64,000 nucleotides of DNA from Lingula anatina (Eukaryota > Animalia > Brachiopoda): the NCBI GenBank assembly GCA_051362555.1, contig CM120640.1, positions 70,348,788-70,412,787 on the forward strand, given 5' to 3'. Within the stretch, counting starts at the first letter, position 1. Every line of letters starts with the position of its first letter. Both the position numbers and the translations under genes were made by a program. Below, piece after piece: positions 52,058-64,000 of the stretch. The notes under the pieces were generated by a model that did not search any database, had not been told where the DNA came from, and saw nothing but the letters and a program-made list of their open reading frames with translations.

Positions 52058-52281
52058 TCATTCAGAGATAGTCATCATTGCTTCATCGGCAGTCCCAATG
52101 TCCCCGTGGCCTGGGATGACCACTGTCCCCTCTTGATGACCACCCTCTATCCCCACCGCTGCCTCATCCCCGCTGACCAGATCACCAGTTACCATAGCAA
52201 CAGCTCCGTGGTCTGCAGCTTCCTGGTTGACTGCCATGTGGGCCTGGACCAGTTGTTCTTCTGTCAGCTGAATCTCTCCCT
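52058..52281 (-). CDS. Terminal coding exon of an unidentified gene (acidic, low-complexity C-terminus)
   Basis: Acceptor TTGTTTGTGGTTTCAG|, phase 1; GC-rich coding-like ORF GEIQLTEEQLVQAHMAVNQEAADHGAVAMVTGDLVSGDEAAVGIEGGHQEGTVVIPGHGDIGTADEAMMTISE*; no upstream exon recognised in the remaining 11.7 kb. Confidence 0.7.
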
Positions 52282-55200
52282 CTGAAACCACAAACAATAG
52301 TCATTATACAGCTACATTTACTATATACTTCAAAGTATTATAGCATGTAATTGTCTTTCCAATAAAAATAAGATAAATATGTTTTAACATTTGCCCCATA
52401 AATGGACTGTTTTTTTCCAGGAAAGGAAAAAATATGTATAAGCAAAGATACAACATACTTCTTTATTTATTAGTCATCAAAAAAACACCATGTTTTTATC
52501 CCAAAACAAGAAACCACAATCCCACGACAGAGTACATTCCTGGCCACTTCAAGGTTGCATGTTCACAGGATTAGATTCATACAAAGAGGTCCGATATGCT
52601 TTGAAAGAAAATATTATCATACACATTCCAAGTACACATTTATTTTTCTAGGTGAGTCCTATTGATTATCAACTGATGAGGTAGTGATAACCAAAATAAT
52701 CCCAAGTTACTGACTCAATCATCTTTACAAACAAAGATTTTTTTCTGTTTACAAGAACTATTAGGAATCCAATCAAACTTGATGGTGCATAGATTTGAAC
52801 AAAAAACAAACAAACAAAAGTAACAACAAAAATAAGAAATAAAAAGAGAAAATTGATAAATACAACTTGTATACCTTTAAAAAATTAAATACATATTTAT
52901 ATTTGTTCCTCTCAAAAGAAAATGTGAATAGTACAATAAAAACCAAACATCATTATATATTGAAAATGCGAGCACTACGATGCCCCCCCCCCCCAAATAA
53001 TAATAATAATAATAAAAATAAAATAAAAAATGAAAAAATTATTTCCATGAATAAATGCACAGCCTATAAGCAAGCATGCTAATTACGTCTATAATCATCG
53101 CTCTTTAAACCAGTTGATGGCCTTTCAGTGTTTATTAAGGAGAGAAAAGGTAGAGGAACATTCCTCCGCCAGTCCCCGAGGGCAGTCCCCAGGCCAGTGG
53201 GAAGACTTTGTAGCCTGGCCTGGAGGGGTCTACATTCCTGTCTTAGGATTCCCATGCCCTTACTGACAAAACTTGGAGCTTACCAGTGGATGAGGTCACG
53301 GGGTTGATTGCAATTACTTCTTTTAGCAAGCCATAAGAGGGTGTAAAAAAGACTGTTGACAAGTTCTGTTTCAGTAGGTAACGGATGATGATAGATTGTC
53401 GCTTGCACTACCTGTCTACAGAAGATGGCTAGGCTAGCAGGGACAATATGCACACTACTCACTAGTTCATGGGAACCTGACTGTATTGAGACCACAGTTG
53501 GGGAATATTTGCATCTCTGATGTCATGACTCTGAGATGATTTTCATATCATTAACTTTGCGGTAATCATGATTAGCCTTTCTTCTTTGCCTCATTTTGAC
53601 AAAATTTTATGCTCAAATTGATTAATATGTCTTTTTACAACATCTCTGTTATAGATGATAGTAATATGTATATACAGGAGTATTGCTGCTTTGAGCATAT
53701 ATTTTCTACACTTAAAATCAAATAAACTGTAAATGGCATTATATCCTGGCCAGTTTGTAATCTTAAATATTTATTTTTTCTTTATGGTTTCAGAGAATTT
53801 ATTATGAAATGTATGAGCAAAATGAATAATAACATATCAGACTTAAGTGTTGATTATTTATACTAAATTCAGCAAGGAAACCTCCTCCTGTTGAATGTTT
53901 AAATGCATCCCTTCCAGTCTTTATAAAATGTGCAAACATTACAGACTAAGGTACAGGCTTCTAAAACTTCCTGAGTAAAAATGAGTCATGTAATCTTTAA
54001 AAAAAATTCCATGTGTATGATTTATTTCTAGTTAACCTGACACGACCTTCATCATGCCACTGAGCACGTCTGGGACCACATATACTCATGTGGGTGCATG
54101 TGTGCGTGCAAATGTACGTTTATCTGCGTATGCGTGCACAGGGTCTCATTGTACTGAAAATGTACCAGTTTCACATCCATAGCATACTCCCTGCTATAAA
54201 TACCATGTGTGCACCGACTGTCATGTATCTGATATTCCCAGGTTCACAAGCTTCATGGTATGTTGTGATTTATAACAAACTATTAACAGAACAAATGTCT
54301 ACAAAGCTGGCTACAAAGGCCTTTCAGTGGTGAGGTAGTGCCGCAGTTTCACAGCCAGTCTGTGTGTGTATTGGTAGTGAGCCTGCCTTGCTGTGAAACT
54401 GAACAGGCAAACAGACAGAAAGTAACAGAACTTAGAGCTCCTGATATTGTTTCTAATTACTTATCAAATCAACATGCAGTGTTAGACCGAGACCCACCAA
54501 GACAAAGTTGCATATCTGTAAACAAAAGTTAATAAATTGGATGGTCTTTTCCAGATGCAAGGCATGCCAACCCATGCTCCTAAGGCTAAGGGAAAACAAA
54601 TGGGCATTAGGAGGCAAGGAGCAACAAGTGCTTGAGATATAGGAACAAACTGGTGATTCACTGCCAAAATAAAACAGTAAATAGTCCGCTTCTTTTTAAG
54701 GTTTGTTTGTTATTCCGGTAATACCATAATCAGTGTATAAGTTCTCCCCGGGGCTGGCAGGGAGGATAAGACACTAAGGTGCTGTACGACAGGCAAACAA
54801 CACAGCAAGCGGCCAGGGGAGTTCCCATGGGATAAAAATGTACACTTACCACCTCAAAAATGATGTATTAGAGAAAAAAACTTACCAACTGGAATTTTTT
54901 ATACTTAATAGTATTGCTTTGGTATGTTTTTAATGTAATTAAAAAAAATTTTAAGAGTATAATATGAAAAAATTAGTAAACAGATAATTATTTTTAACTT
55001 CTCGGAAAAAAAAACTTCATACCTTTAGAGGTAAGGGAAAAGTTCACATGCTAACTCTCCTCACATCAATTGAAGCTGACTTATCCAAACATTCCAAATA
55101 AATTCTCAATAATGGCAACACTGCAGCTTATCAACAGAACAATACCCAGCTATCCTAACGCAATACAAACCAGTAAACAAACAATTAGCATGACCAAATA

Positions 55201-58200
55201 GTCAAATAAACAGGTAAACAATAGGATTAAAGGGGGTGCGCTGTTTTCAAATTTGATTATTTAATTTTCTGAGGTGAATGGTACAAAAATAAATAGTACC
55301 CCCTGTTTTGATGGCGGAAATGTGTGATTACACTTGTACAGCATACCAGGTGTGTCCTTATACCTGTATCTGTCCACTGAACCAATGTTTCACCCTACAA
55401 GGAATCTTTTGAAAATAATCATTTTCACTCAGTTTTCAAGACTTCTAACTAAGTAGTACAGAACAGACAGAATTTATTGCTCCATTTCTTGGAACAGCAA
55501 GTTAAATGCCCTGAGAGAAGGAAGCCTTTGTATTTATAATATATAACAGTTATGATTATTTGTCCTACTTGGAAGTCTGTAATTAAATGCTATAAAGTAA
55601 ACAGGAAAAGAAAATAAATCCACAGAAAATTGGTAATATAATATTGCAGAACATAATGAGATAATCAATACCACAAAATTAGTTTCATAAACAGGCAGGC
55701 AAAGATCATTCATACAAACTCTAATAAAAATTAAATAAATATTTACCTATCATATCTATCATTTTACCAGTAAAAACAAAATTAACATTCCTATTACTTC
55801 CCGACAGAGAAGCAAGCGGCCTGTTTATCATATGAAAATAAGCCCCGCCCCCTGCAACAAAAACATAAACATGAACACGTGTGTCCTCCCACGTGCACCC
55901 TGCGCTGTGTTAACTGATGACACTGTTATCTCAGACTCTTGGTATGCAGGGGGTGGGGCCTACCTGACTCCCAGCCACAGGTAGATCACTTGACCCAGAA
56001 AGATGACAAACAGATAATGACAGTCAGGGCCATGAGAAAACCAGGCAAACCTTCAACCCTGCATTCTCCCCGTGTACTCGTGATCTCACCCATTAAAATA
56101 CATATTCCTGTCAGATATAAACAAGTCAGCTTTTGCCACATGACCAGTTGTGGCTACCTACCTCTGCCTGGACAGTCACATGCTAAGCACTGATTTAAAT
56201 CTGGGAAAGCATGCAATTATCAGTTTATCCACCTCTTGACTTAAGACTTCTGCTTCTTACCCAAGTAAGCAATGAACACAAATATTTTCATACATATGCA
56301 CAGTAAATTGAGAATTTTATTTTTTCAAATAAGCAGGGCAGAATACATGCACAAGGAAATGAGAGATCCCACATCAAAACACTTGTTAATTGGAGCTGAG
56401 CCTAGTATTGCTGCAGTTGCGCAAGGCTATTTTGTCATGTTGAGTGTACATCTTTCCGTCTTTTGGCCCCGAGTGTGTCCTGCATCACTGACACAGACAT
56501 CCCACTCACTGGGTTTTTATCGTAACCATCACATACCAGGCATAATGATGGGTGGAGCATGACAGTATCTTATCTTCCCGCCACCCTGCCCTTCCACTGG
56601 ACACATGTACCAACTACTGGAGAAATATTCAATGATAATAATTAACCTTGTTATAACTAGATTTCACTTCCACCGATGATGGTGTTCCTTTTATTTTGAC
56701 ATTGTTTTTATTAAATCATGATCACATGTCTGTTCTCCTTGAGGCCTCTCACCAACACTCTTACTGCTTGTATATCATATTTTTACTCTGTATGACACCA
56801 TGACCTTCAAACTGCTAACCACAAAAACATGACATCCTTTTGAAAGGGAAGAAGAGGATGAAATGACATTTACATTTGATATCAAAATGTAACATGACAA
56901 TAAACAAAATAAAATAATTGGCTTTAAAACCAGGAACATTGCAATATTCTCGCACGTGAATCCTTGTCATCCTATATAAATATAATCAGATAAAACTGAT
57001 ACAATTCTTTAAAAGATAGCCACACTGTTAGCTATAAACATAGTATCACCATGGCACCCCTTGATAAACTTTCTGCATATCAAAGTGAAATTATTCCAGA
57101 CTTGGTCTCCCTAAGTATTATGGATACCAATTCTGGAATAATTTACTTGTCATAAACATTATTAATGGTTGTCTGCAACAGAATACCTGGCAGACTTATC
57201 TAAGTATGCCAAATCCCTTTTAAAGTACATTTAAATTGACCCAGACAATAACATTGAACCAAAGATGTCCTAACATCCCTTCTAACACTCTAGGATATCC
57301 GTGCAGAGCTGGAGGTAGCTGGTACCTTCTATAACAAAATTACAGTGTAGGAGGCCCCCCTCTTGTCAATGAAAATTCTTTCCCCAAGACAGATGAGGGC
57401 ACATCAACTTCTCAAAGTTCAGTTCCTGTTTGCTGGGTGTCTACTACCACCCAGGTTACAGTACAGACAGGGCATACCATCAACAGGTGAATACAGGCCA
57501 CTGCTATGAGAGCAACACATCAGAACAATTTATTATCATTCCACATCATAATGGGCCCCGTCAATACAGAGAATTGAGCCAAGTGCCTTTCCCATGACTC
57601 CTCAATGGTCTGCTTCACTTTACAGCCAGCTCTTTTTACTTCTACAATCACATTTCATCTGCCATTTCAAATGATGAAATCAAAGTACTTCAATTTAAAT
57701 CTCTCTCATACTTCATTTATTGCTACTTAGGTCTATAACTAAGTGACTAATAAAACTCTTGTCTGGGAGAGAGAGAGAGAGATCTGAATCTGCCAAGGTG
57801 ATGTAACTCCACCTTCCCTATAATTTCCACTAATTGGCACAGACTTGTACACTGGACCTTTTAACATAATTGCTCTTTCTAAGCAGCAGAGCTATCAAAA
57901 GTCCACTAAATGGTTTGTATTACTTCACTGAGCAACAAGCCAGGTCTGAGATGTTTACAGTGATAACATACCACATGGGCAAGGCAAGGAGGGAGGAAGT
58001 CTGCTCAGCCACACTGAACTGCATTCCTCCACACCATCAGTACAATCTTGGCCCAAGGGGGCACTCTATACCCACCCTCTTCACTGCCTCGCCACACCAC
58101 AGTGCACAGCAACTCTCTCCACCTCATACTGGGCCTTTGAGGGACTGGTCACAATGAATTTTGTTGGTCTTTCTAGTGCACACCAACTCCATGGGGACTC

Positions 58201-59275
58201 TTGCTGAATGCAATCTGATTTACAGAGTAACATGCTTCCTCCTGGCATTGAGTGGAAATATATAAAAGTTGTGATTATACAGGTACGCTGGAAACAAGAG
58301 GAGGCGTGCAAGTCTGATAATCTGACTGCATTCAGCGAGAGTCCCCGTGGAATTATTGCACATAAACTAGGTCAACAAAATTCATTGTTAACAGTCCCTT
58401 ACACTGCCACTGCATGTGAGCTGAGAAACCACACATATGAAGCCTGGGGTTACCCAGCTTCTTGTCATTTGATTAAAAATATATTAAAAATTTTTATTAA
58501 AAAAAAAAGAAATTTAGTCAAACTTCCATTCAAAGATCCCTTAGTAAACTCCACAATAAAAGACTTTATTATAACTGTGAAGTATATTTCATCTTCATCT
58601 CAACTTTTTAATGTCTTTTTGAAAACCACACCTCTAAATAATCAGTAAAAACATCTTTGACCCTACTTCTTTTACCCCTCCCATTTTTATATCTTGATCA
58701 GTCATAAAAATATATCTGTGTCTGCCCTGATTCCACTGTTGTAACCCTGCTTTATCAGACCAGTGAAGTTCCCACCTACGCATCACGTTTTATTCTCTTG
58801 GTTGGTCTCCACACCAAATATTTGCTACTGGAGTGGGGTAACAACACAGGAAGTGGTATCTTGAAACTTAATATTGGATCAATAAGATAACAGGTGAGAA
58901 TGAGGGTGTATGGAAGCTGAAGAGAGGAGTTATCTGCCCGGTTCCAATCAAACAGGGGATCACAGGATCAGTTGCAGGTTATCTTGGCATCAAAGGGAAT
59001 GTTATCATTTCATAAAACTGGATTAACTGTCCTTACAACTCAACACCGCTGAGTAGGTGAGACAAAACAAACTGCCTCCTTCTACACTCCTTTCCTTCAA
59101 ATCCTCCTCCCTCTCATGTCTTCTCAAACTCTGCCCCTGCACTCTTGTGTTCTTCCAAACCCTCCTCCATCATTCATTCTCCCCTCCCTAATACCCCTCC
59201 TACACCCCTCCCTCTGTTATCCTTTCAAATCCTCCTATACCCCCTCCTCCTCAATCTCCCTCCTACACCCCTCCT

Positions 59276-60082
59276 CTCTGCTGTCCTTTCAAATCCTCCT
59301 CCTACACCCCCCTCTGCTGTCCTTTCAAATCCCCCTCCTACACCCCCCCTCTGCTGTCCTTTCAAATCCCCCTCCTACACCCCCCTCTGCTGTCCTTTCA
59401 AATCCCCCTCCTACACCCCCCTCTGCTGTCCTTTCAAATCCTCCTCCTACACCCCCCTCTGCTGTCCTTTCAAATCCCCCTCCTACACCCCCCTCTGCTG
59501 TCCTTTCAAATCCTCCTCCTACACCCCCCTCTGCTGTCCTTTCAAATCCCCCTCCTACACCCCCCTCTGCTGTCCTTTCAAATCCTCCTCCTACACCCCC
59601 CTCTGCTGTCCTTTCAAATCCTCCTCCTACACCCCCCTCTGCTGTCCTTTCAAATCCTCCTCCTACACCCCCCTCTGCTGTCCTTTCAAATCCTCCTCCT
59701 ACACCCCCCTCTGCTGTCCTTTCAAATCCTCCTCCTACACCCCCCTCTGCTGTCCTTTCAAATCCCCCTCCTACACCCCCCTCTGCTGTCCTTTCAAATC
59801 CTCCTCCTACACCCCCCTCTGCTGTCCTTTCAAATCCTCCTCCTACACCCCCCTCTGCTGTCCTTTCAAATCCCCCTCCTACACCCCCCTCTGCTGTCCT
59901 TTCAAATCCTCCTCCTACACCCCCCTCTGCTGTCCTTTCAAATCCTCCTCCTACACCCCCCTCTGCTGTCCTTTCAAATCCCCCTCCTACACCCCCCTCT
60001 GCTGTCCTTTCAAATCCTCCTCCTACACCCCCCCTCTGCTGTCCTTTCAAATCCCCCTCCTACACCCTCTCCTACACCCCCT
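59276..60082. repeat. 36-bp C-rich minisatellite, about 22 copies
   Basis: Unit CTGCTGTCCTTTCAAATCC(T/C)CCTCCTACACCCCCCT; degenerate related copies at about 59075-59275. Confidence 0.97.
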
Positions 60083-62411
60083 TTAGAAGCTGAGGAATTT
60101 CTTACACAAATGAGCAAGGCAAAACAACCCCCCCTCCCCTATGCCCTCCCCCCCACCACCTTGTTGACCTAACCTTCTACTCCAGCCATTACAGTGTGAA
60201 GTACCCGACAGACACAACACACCGCAGGGGGTAATGGGCGCACCATTCACACAGGTTGCATGCAATCAAGAACATATAACACTTCTTTAATATGCACTCT
60301 GGGTTTAATGAATGGGATAACTAGATGGCGGGTGGCTTGTGTGTCAAAGTGGGGCAGTGAACCAGGGAGGAACTGGGGGCAGTGTGACATAACTGAGGAC
60401 TGATTAGATAGTCTATCTGACTGGGTTCCTATACCTAGATCGATCTAACTGGATCGTTCCATCTCCGAGGGGTTTCTTGCTAAATTGCTTTCAGCTTCAG
60501 CGGCTAAGTTGTCTGACATGCCGAAGCTGCTTAACAATAATTAATTACCCTCCTAACTGCTTCAGAAGGTGTGACAGACAGCTAGGCCACTTGAGTTGAT
60601 TGCAATTAAGAGAGAATTCCCTTGGAGATGGGTCGTTCCACAGTTAGTATGAAAGGGTCTGGGAATTGTCCATATCTCTCAAGGTCCACAAGGCTGGGTC
60701 AGTATACAGACCTCCCAGCTCAGCCTTACCTCTCTCAGGGCTTATTTCTGTAATTACACTGCAATAAACTGATACCCAAACCTATTACACACCACTTATG
60801 TAACACACTGTCATCTTGGCTAAGATCCTTCTTATTATGTCCAGCAATCTTCAACCGGCTAAGATGAACTTATTGACATGCAGATAGTAAATATTTATTT
60901 CTGGCGGTTAGTCAACCTGCCTTATGTTAATTAAATAGGGAAGTGATTAGATCAAACAGCGGTGTGATGGTATAATCTGTCCTTTAAATCATACAGATGT
61001 GAAAACAAGTTCAGTTTTCAGGCTCAGATATGCCACCCAGGCATCATGACAAGTGGGAAAAAATAGGAACAAAATAATAATAATAATAAATGAGCTTGTC
61101 ATATGAATCATATACTTATATTTTTTCATAATTCAATTTCCAGTGCAGCATGATACAGACAAACAGGTAAGTGAGAAGCAGAGGAGGTGGAAACAAAAAA
61201 CGGGAACCTTTTTAAAAATTGTAATAATATATAATATTCAGTTTTAACAATAATTCCCAGTGCATCCCACAGATACATGAGAGGAGAAGGAGGGGGGGGG
61301 GGGGGGGGGGGGGAGGGCTTGGGTCTGTGTAATTCTGATGGAGACTGCTGCTCTGTCCATTAGTGGCTGCAGTGACCACACTGGCTGGAGGTTAACATGT
61401 ACACAAACCTGCCATACATCTTTCACAAAATATAAAAATCTTTTCTAACTTTGTGGGAAACCACACACTACGGCTATTTGCATCTAGAAGCAATAACAAG
61501 AACCTGATGTCTGCAAACAAGTACTTAAAAAACCTGAAAGCTAAAGTGATATTTTGTCAAATTCAACTGAAAAAAATTCAATGGAAATTTCAATTATATT
61601 TTTGAATTGACAAATAACATATTTGTCAAAATAAAAATTACAATAATGTTTACAGAATGGAGAAAAAAAGAGAGAATGTCAAGCCATATAAAGAGTCCAC
61701 CCCTCTCCCCACCCTCTCAGTCTGACAGTTCACATTTCAAGTTCTGGGAATATGGTCACTCAAACATAACTAGCCAGATTCCTAGTAATCAGTCACTAGG
61801 TCACAGTAACTGGCATGGACCATGCTTCCTTAAAACTGGTGTCCCTCAGTAAAAAAAAAAAGCACCCATCACACTCTTAAGTTGTACATACTGATTAAAA
61901 AGTATTTACCATTTAAATTATGTTTTCCTATTTTCTTCTCTGTATTATGTGAAGAAATGGAATGAAATATTAGAGGTAGCAAAGACAGCCAACATTGTTA
62001 ACATGTAACATTTTCAACTGAAATAAACTTATCATTATTATCATAAATCCACAGAAAGCTGTCCACAGACCAGAGAAAGCCACTAGGACTCTTGGTTAGA
62101 TTGTAGCACAAAGCTGAGCATAATTAATGCTTCTGTCTTTGAAAACAGAGAGAAAACAGCAAATTTATAGCAGGAAATGGTATATATCCATTAAATGGAC
62201 CTCTTCAGTGATATTTGACATGCACTGTACATTGGGCTAGTAGGTGAGAGAGAGAGCTACACCTGGATACACAGGTGTGGTGAAGGTGGTAACACAGAGA
62301 CACATTTTTTTATTTTCTTTTCCATGTGAAATAAAATTGCTGTGATTGAATTTCAATTAAAATATTATCTAAAACTGTAGAAGATGCAAAAACTGAATAA
62401 ATCTGAAATAC

Positions 62412-62413
62412 AA

Positions 62414-62484
<71 letters not shown>

Positions 62485-62486
62485 AT
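62412..62486. repeat. (AAAT)n microsatellite
   Basis: About 18 copies of AAAT. Confidence 0.96.
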
Positions 62487-63219
62487 TATCAAGAAATATT
62501 GCTCTGCATGCCCATATATTTAGTCTTCATTTTTTATTTTCATTCATGGACAAATCCCAGACAGAAAAAAAGGCAAATGGTCAAAAGTTTAATTCCCTTT
62601 TGTTTGACCCTTCACTATGCACTGATGCTACCAACTTTGTATTCCTTAAATCAGAATAATAAATATCTAAAAGCAAAAGAAAAAATTCTGTGCTTTAATT
62701 TCATAACTGAAATATTTTTAACTCGATGTTTTGTAAATTTCTACCTACTTTTAGATTGGAGTGATAGAATTCAACTACTTTCTGTATGCACTGCAGGGAT
62801 AGTAATTTTTACATGGCTGCCCCAGCCCCACTTTTTTTTTTCAAATTGGTACATTTGGACACATTGTAGAAGAGTATCTAGGATAGGTTCACTTTGCCCT
62901 TGGAAAAATAAAAGGATCATGACTTGATAAGTTAAACTGAAAAAACAGAATACTTTCATGTACTGCAGCATTTTTCTCGTTTAAGGGTGATTTCCCCCGA
63001 CACAGAGAACAGGATGTTTAAGATTCTGGCTTTATCTGTCTTTGACACTACTTACTGTAGAGTGACAGGAATAAACCAAAGACATAGATAGATGATTCAT
63101 GCATAACAAAAACCTTCCATAAACTGAGATGAAATTATGAAATTCAGATGGGATGGGATGGGGTGCGGGTGAAGGGGGTTGATGTCAAAGTACCTGTTGA
63201 TCCCATCACCATGAGAGTC

Positions 63220-64000
63220 TGGCCAAGGAGACAGTGATGGAGTCTTCAGGGCAGTGTCTAGCCAGGGAAACAGTGAGGGAGTCTCCGGGCAGGGTCTGGC
63301 CATGGAAACAGTGAGGGAGTCTCTGGGGCAGGGTCTAGCCATGGAAACAGTGAGGGGGTCTCTGGGGCTAGGTCTAGCCATGGAAACAGTGAGGGAGCCT
63401 CTGGGGCTAGGTCTAGCCATGGAAACAGTGAGGGAGTCTCTGGGGCAGGGTCTAGCCATGGAAACAGTGAGGGAGTCTCTGGGGCAGGGTCTAGCCATGG
63501 AAACAGTGAGGGAGTCATTGGGGCAGAGTCTGGCCATGGAAACAGTGAGGGAGTCTCTGGGGCAGGGTCTAGCCATGGAAACAGTGAGGGAATCTCTGGG
63601 GCAGGGTCTAGCCAAGGAGACAGTGAGGGAGTCTCTGGGGCAGGGTCTGGCCAAGGAGACAGTGAGGGAGTCTCTGGGGCAGGGTCTGGCCATGGAAACA
63701 GTGAGGGAGTCTCCGGGGCAGGGCTTGGCCAAGAAGACAGTGAGGTAGTCACTGGGGCAGGGCTTGGCCAAGGAGACAGTGAGGGAGTCTCTGGGTTAGG
63801 GCTTGGCCAAGGAGACAGTGAGGGAGTCTCTGAGGCAGGGTCTGGCCATGGAGACAGTGAGGGAGTCTCCGGGGCAGGGCTTGGCCAAGAAGACAGTGAG
63901 GGAGTCTCTGGGGCAGGGTCTAGCCATGGAGACAGTGAGGGAGTCTCTGGGGCAGGGTCTGGCCATGGAAACAGTGAGGGAGTCTCCGGGGCAGGGCTTG
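63220..64000. repeat. 39-bp GC-rich minisatellite, about 20 copies, runs off the window end
   Basis: Unit GCCATGGAAACAGTGAGGGAGTCTCTGGGGCAGGGTCT(A/G) with variants. Confidence 0.97.

Noticed and set aside
58208-58648. 146-aa + strand ORF
   Set aside because: No homology recognisable by eye, AT-rich tail, no splice support.
59116-60093. ORFs of 325, 313 and 241 aa (Pro-rich or Gly-rich)
   Set aside because: Translation artefacts of a 36-bp minisatellite that is open in several frames on both strands; no splice or domain support.
63097-63771. ORFs of 224 and 164 aa
   Set aside because: Translations of the 39-bp minisatellite.

Overview
AT-rich, intron-containing animal DNA, probably an invertebrate bilaterian; the species cannot be told from the sequence. 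No prokaryotic features, CRISPR, rRNA or tRNA were seen. Three transcription units are visible. (1) A + strand two-pore channel 2 (TPC2/TPCN2) gene whose first exons lie left of the window, with 24 visible coding-exon positions from 802 to 11517. (2) After a ~21 kb gene-free interval, a complete 5-exon cyclin D gene (33247-41947, 297 aa) with a ~3 kb 3' UTR. (3) The 3' end of an unidentified - strand gene with up to four candidate alternative last exons (49089-52281), converging on cyclin D near 45.0 kb. The main finding is in TPC2: two tandem, obligately mutually exclusive exons (3257-3371 and 3626-3731) each encode the domain-I turret, pore helix and TTANHPD selectivity filter. TPC2 also has a 16-copy, 64-bp tandem array that repeats the domain-II S4 coding segment together with its splice donor, with variant gating-charge codons. 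All exon coordinates were derived by hand from GT-AG boundaries and reading-frame continuity, and comparisons with human proteins are from memory, not from a search.
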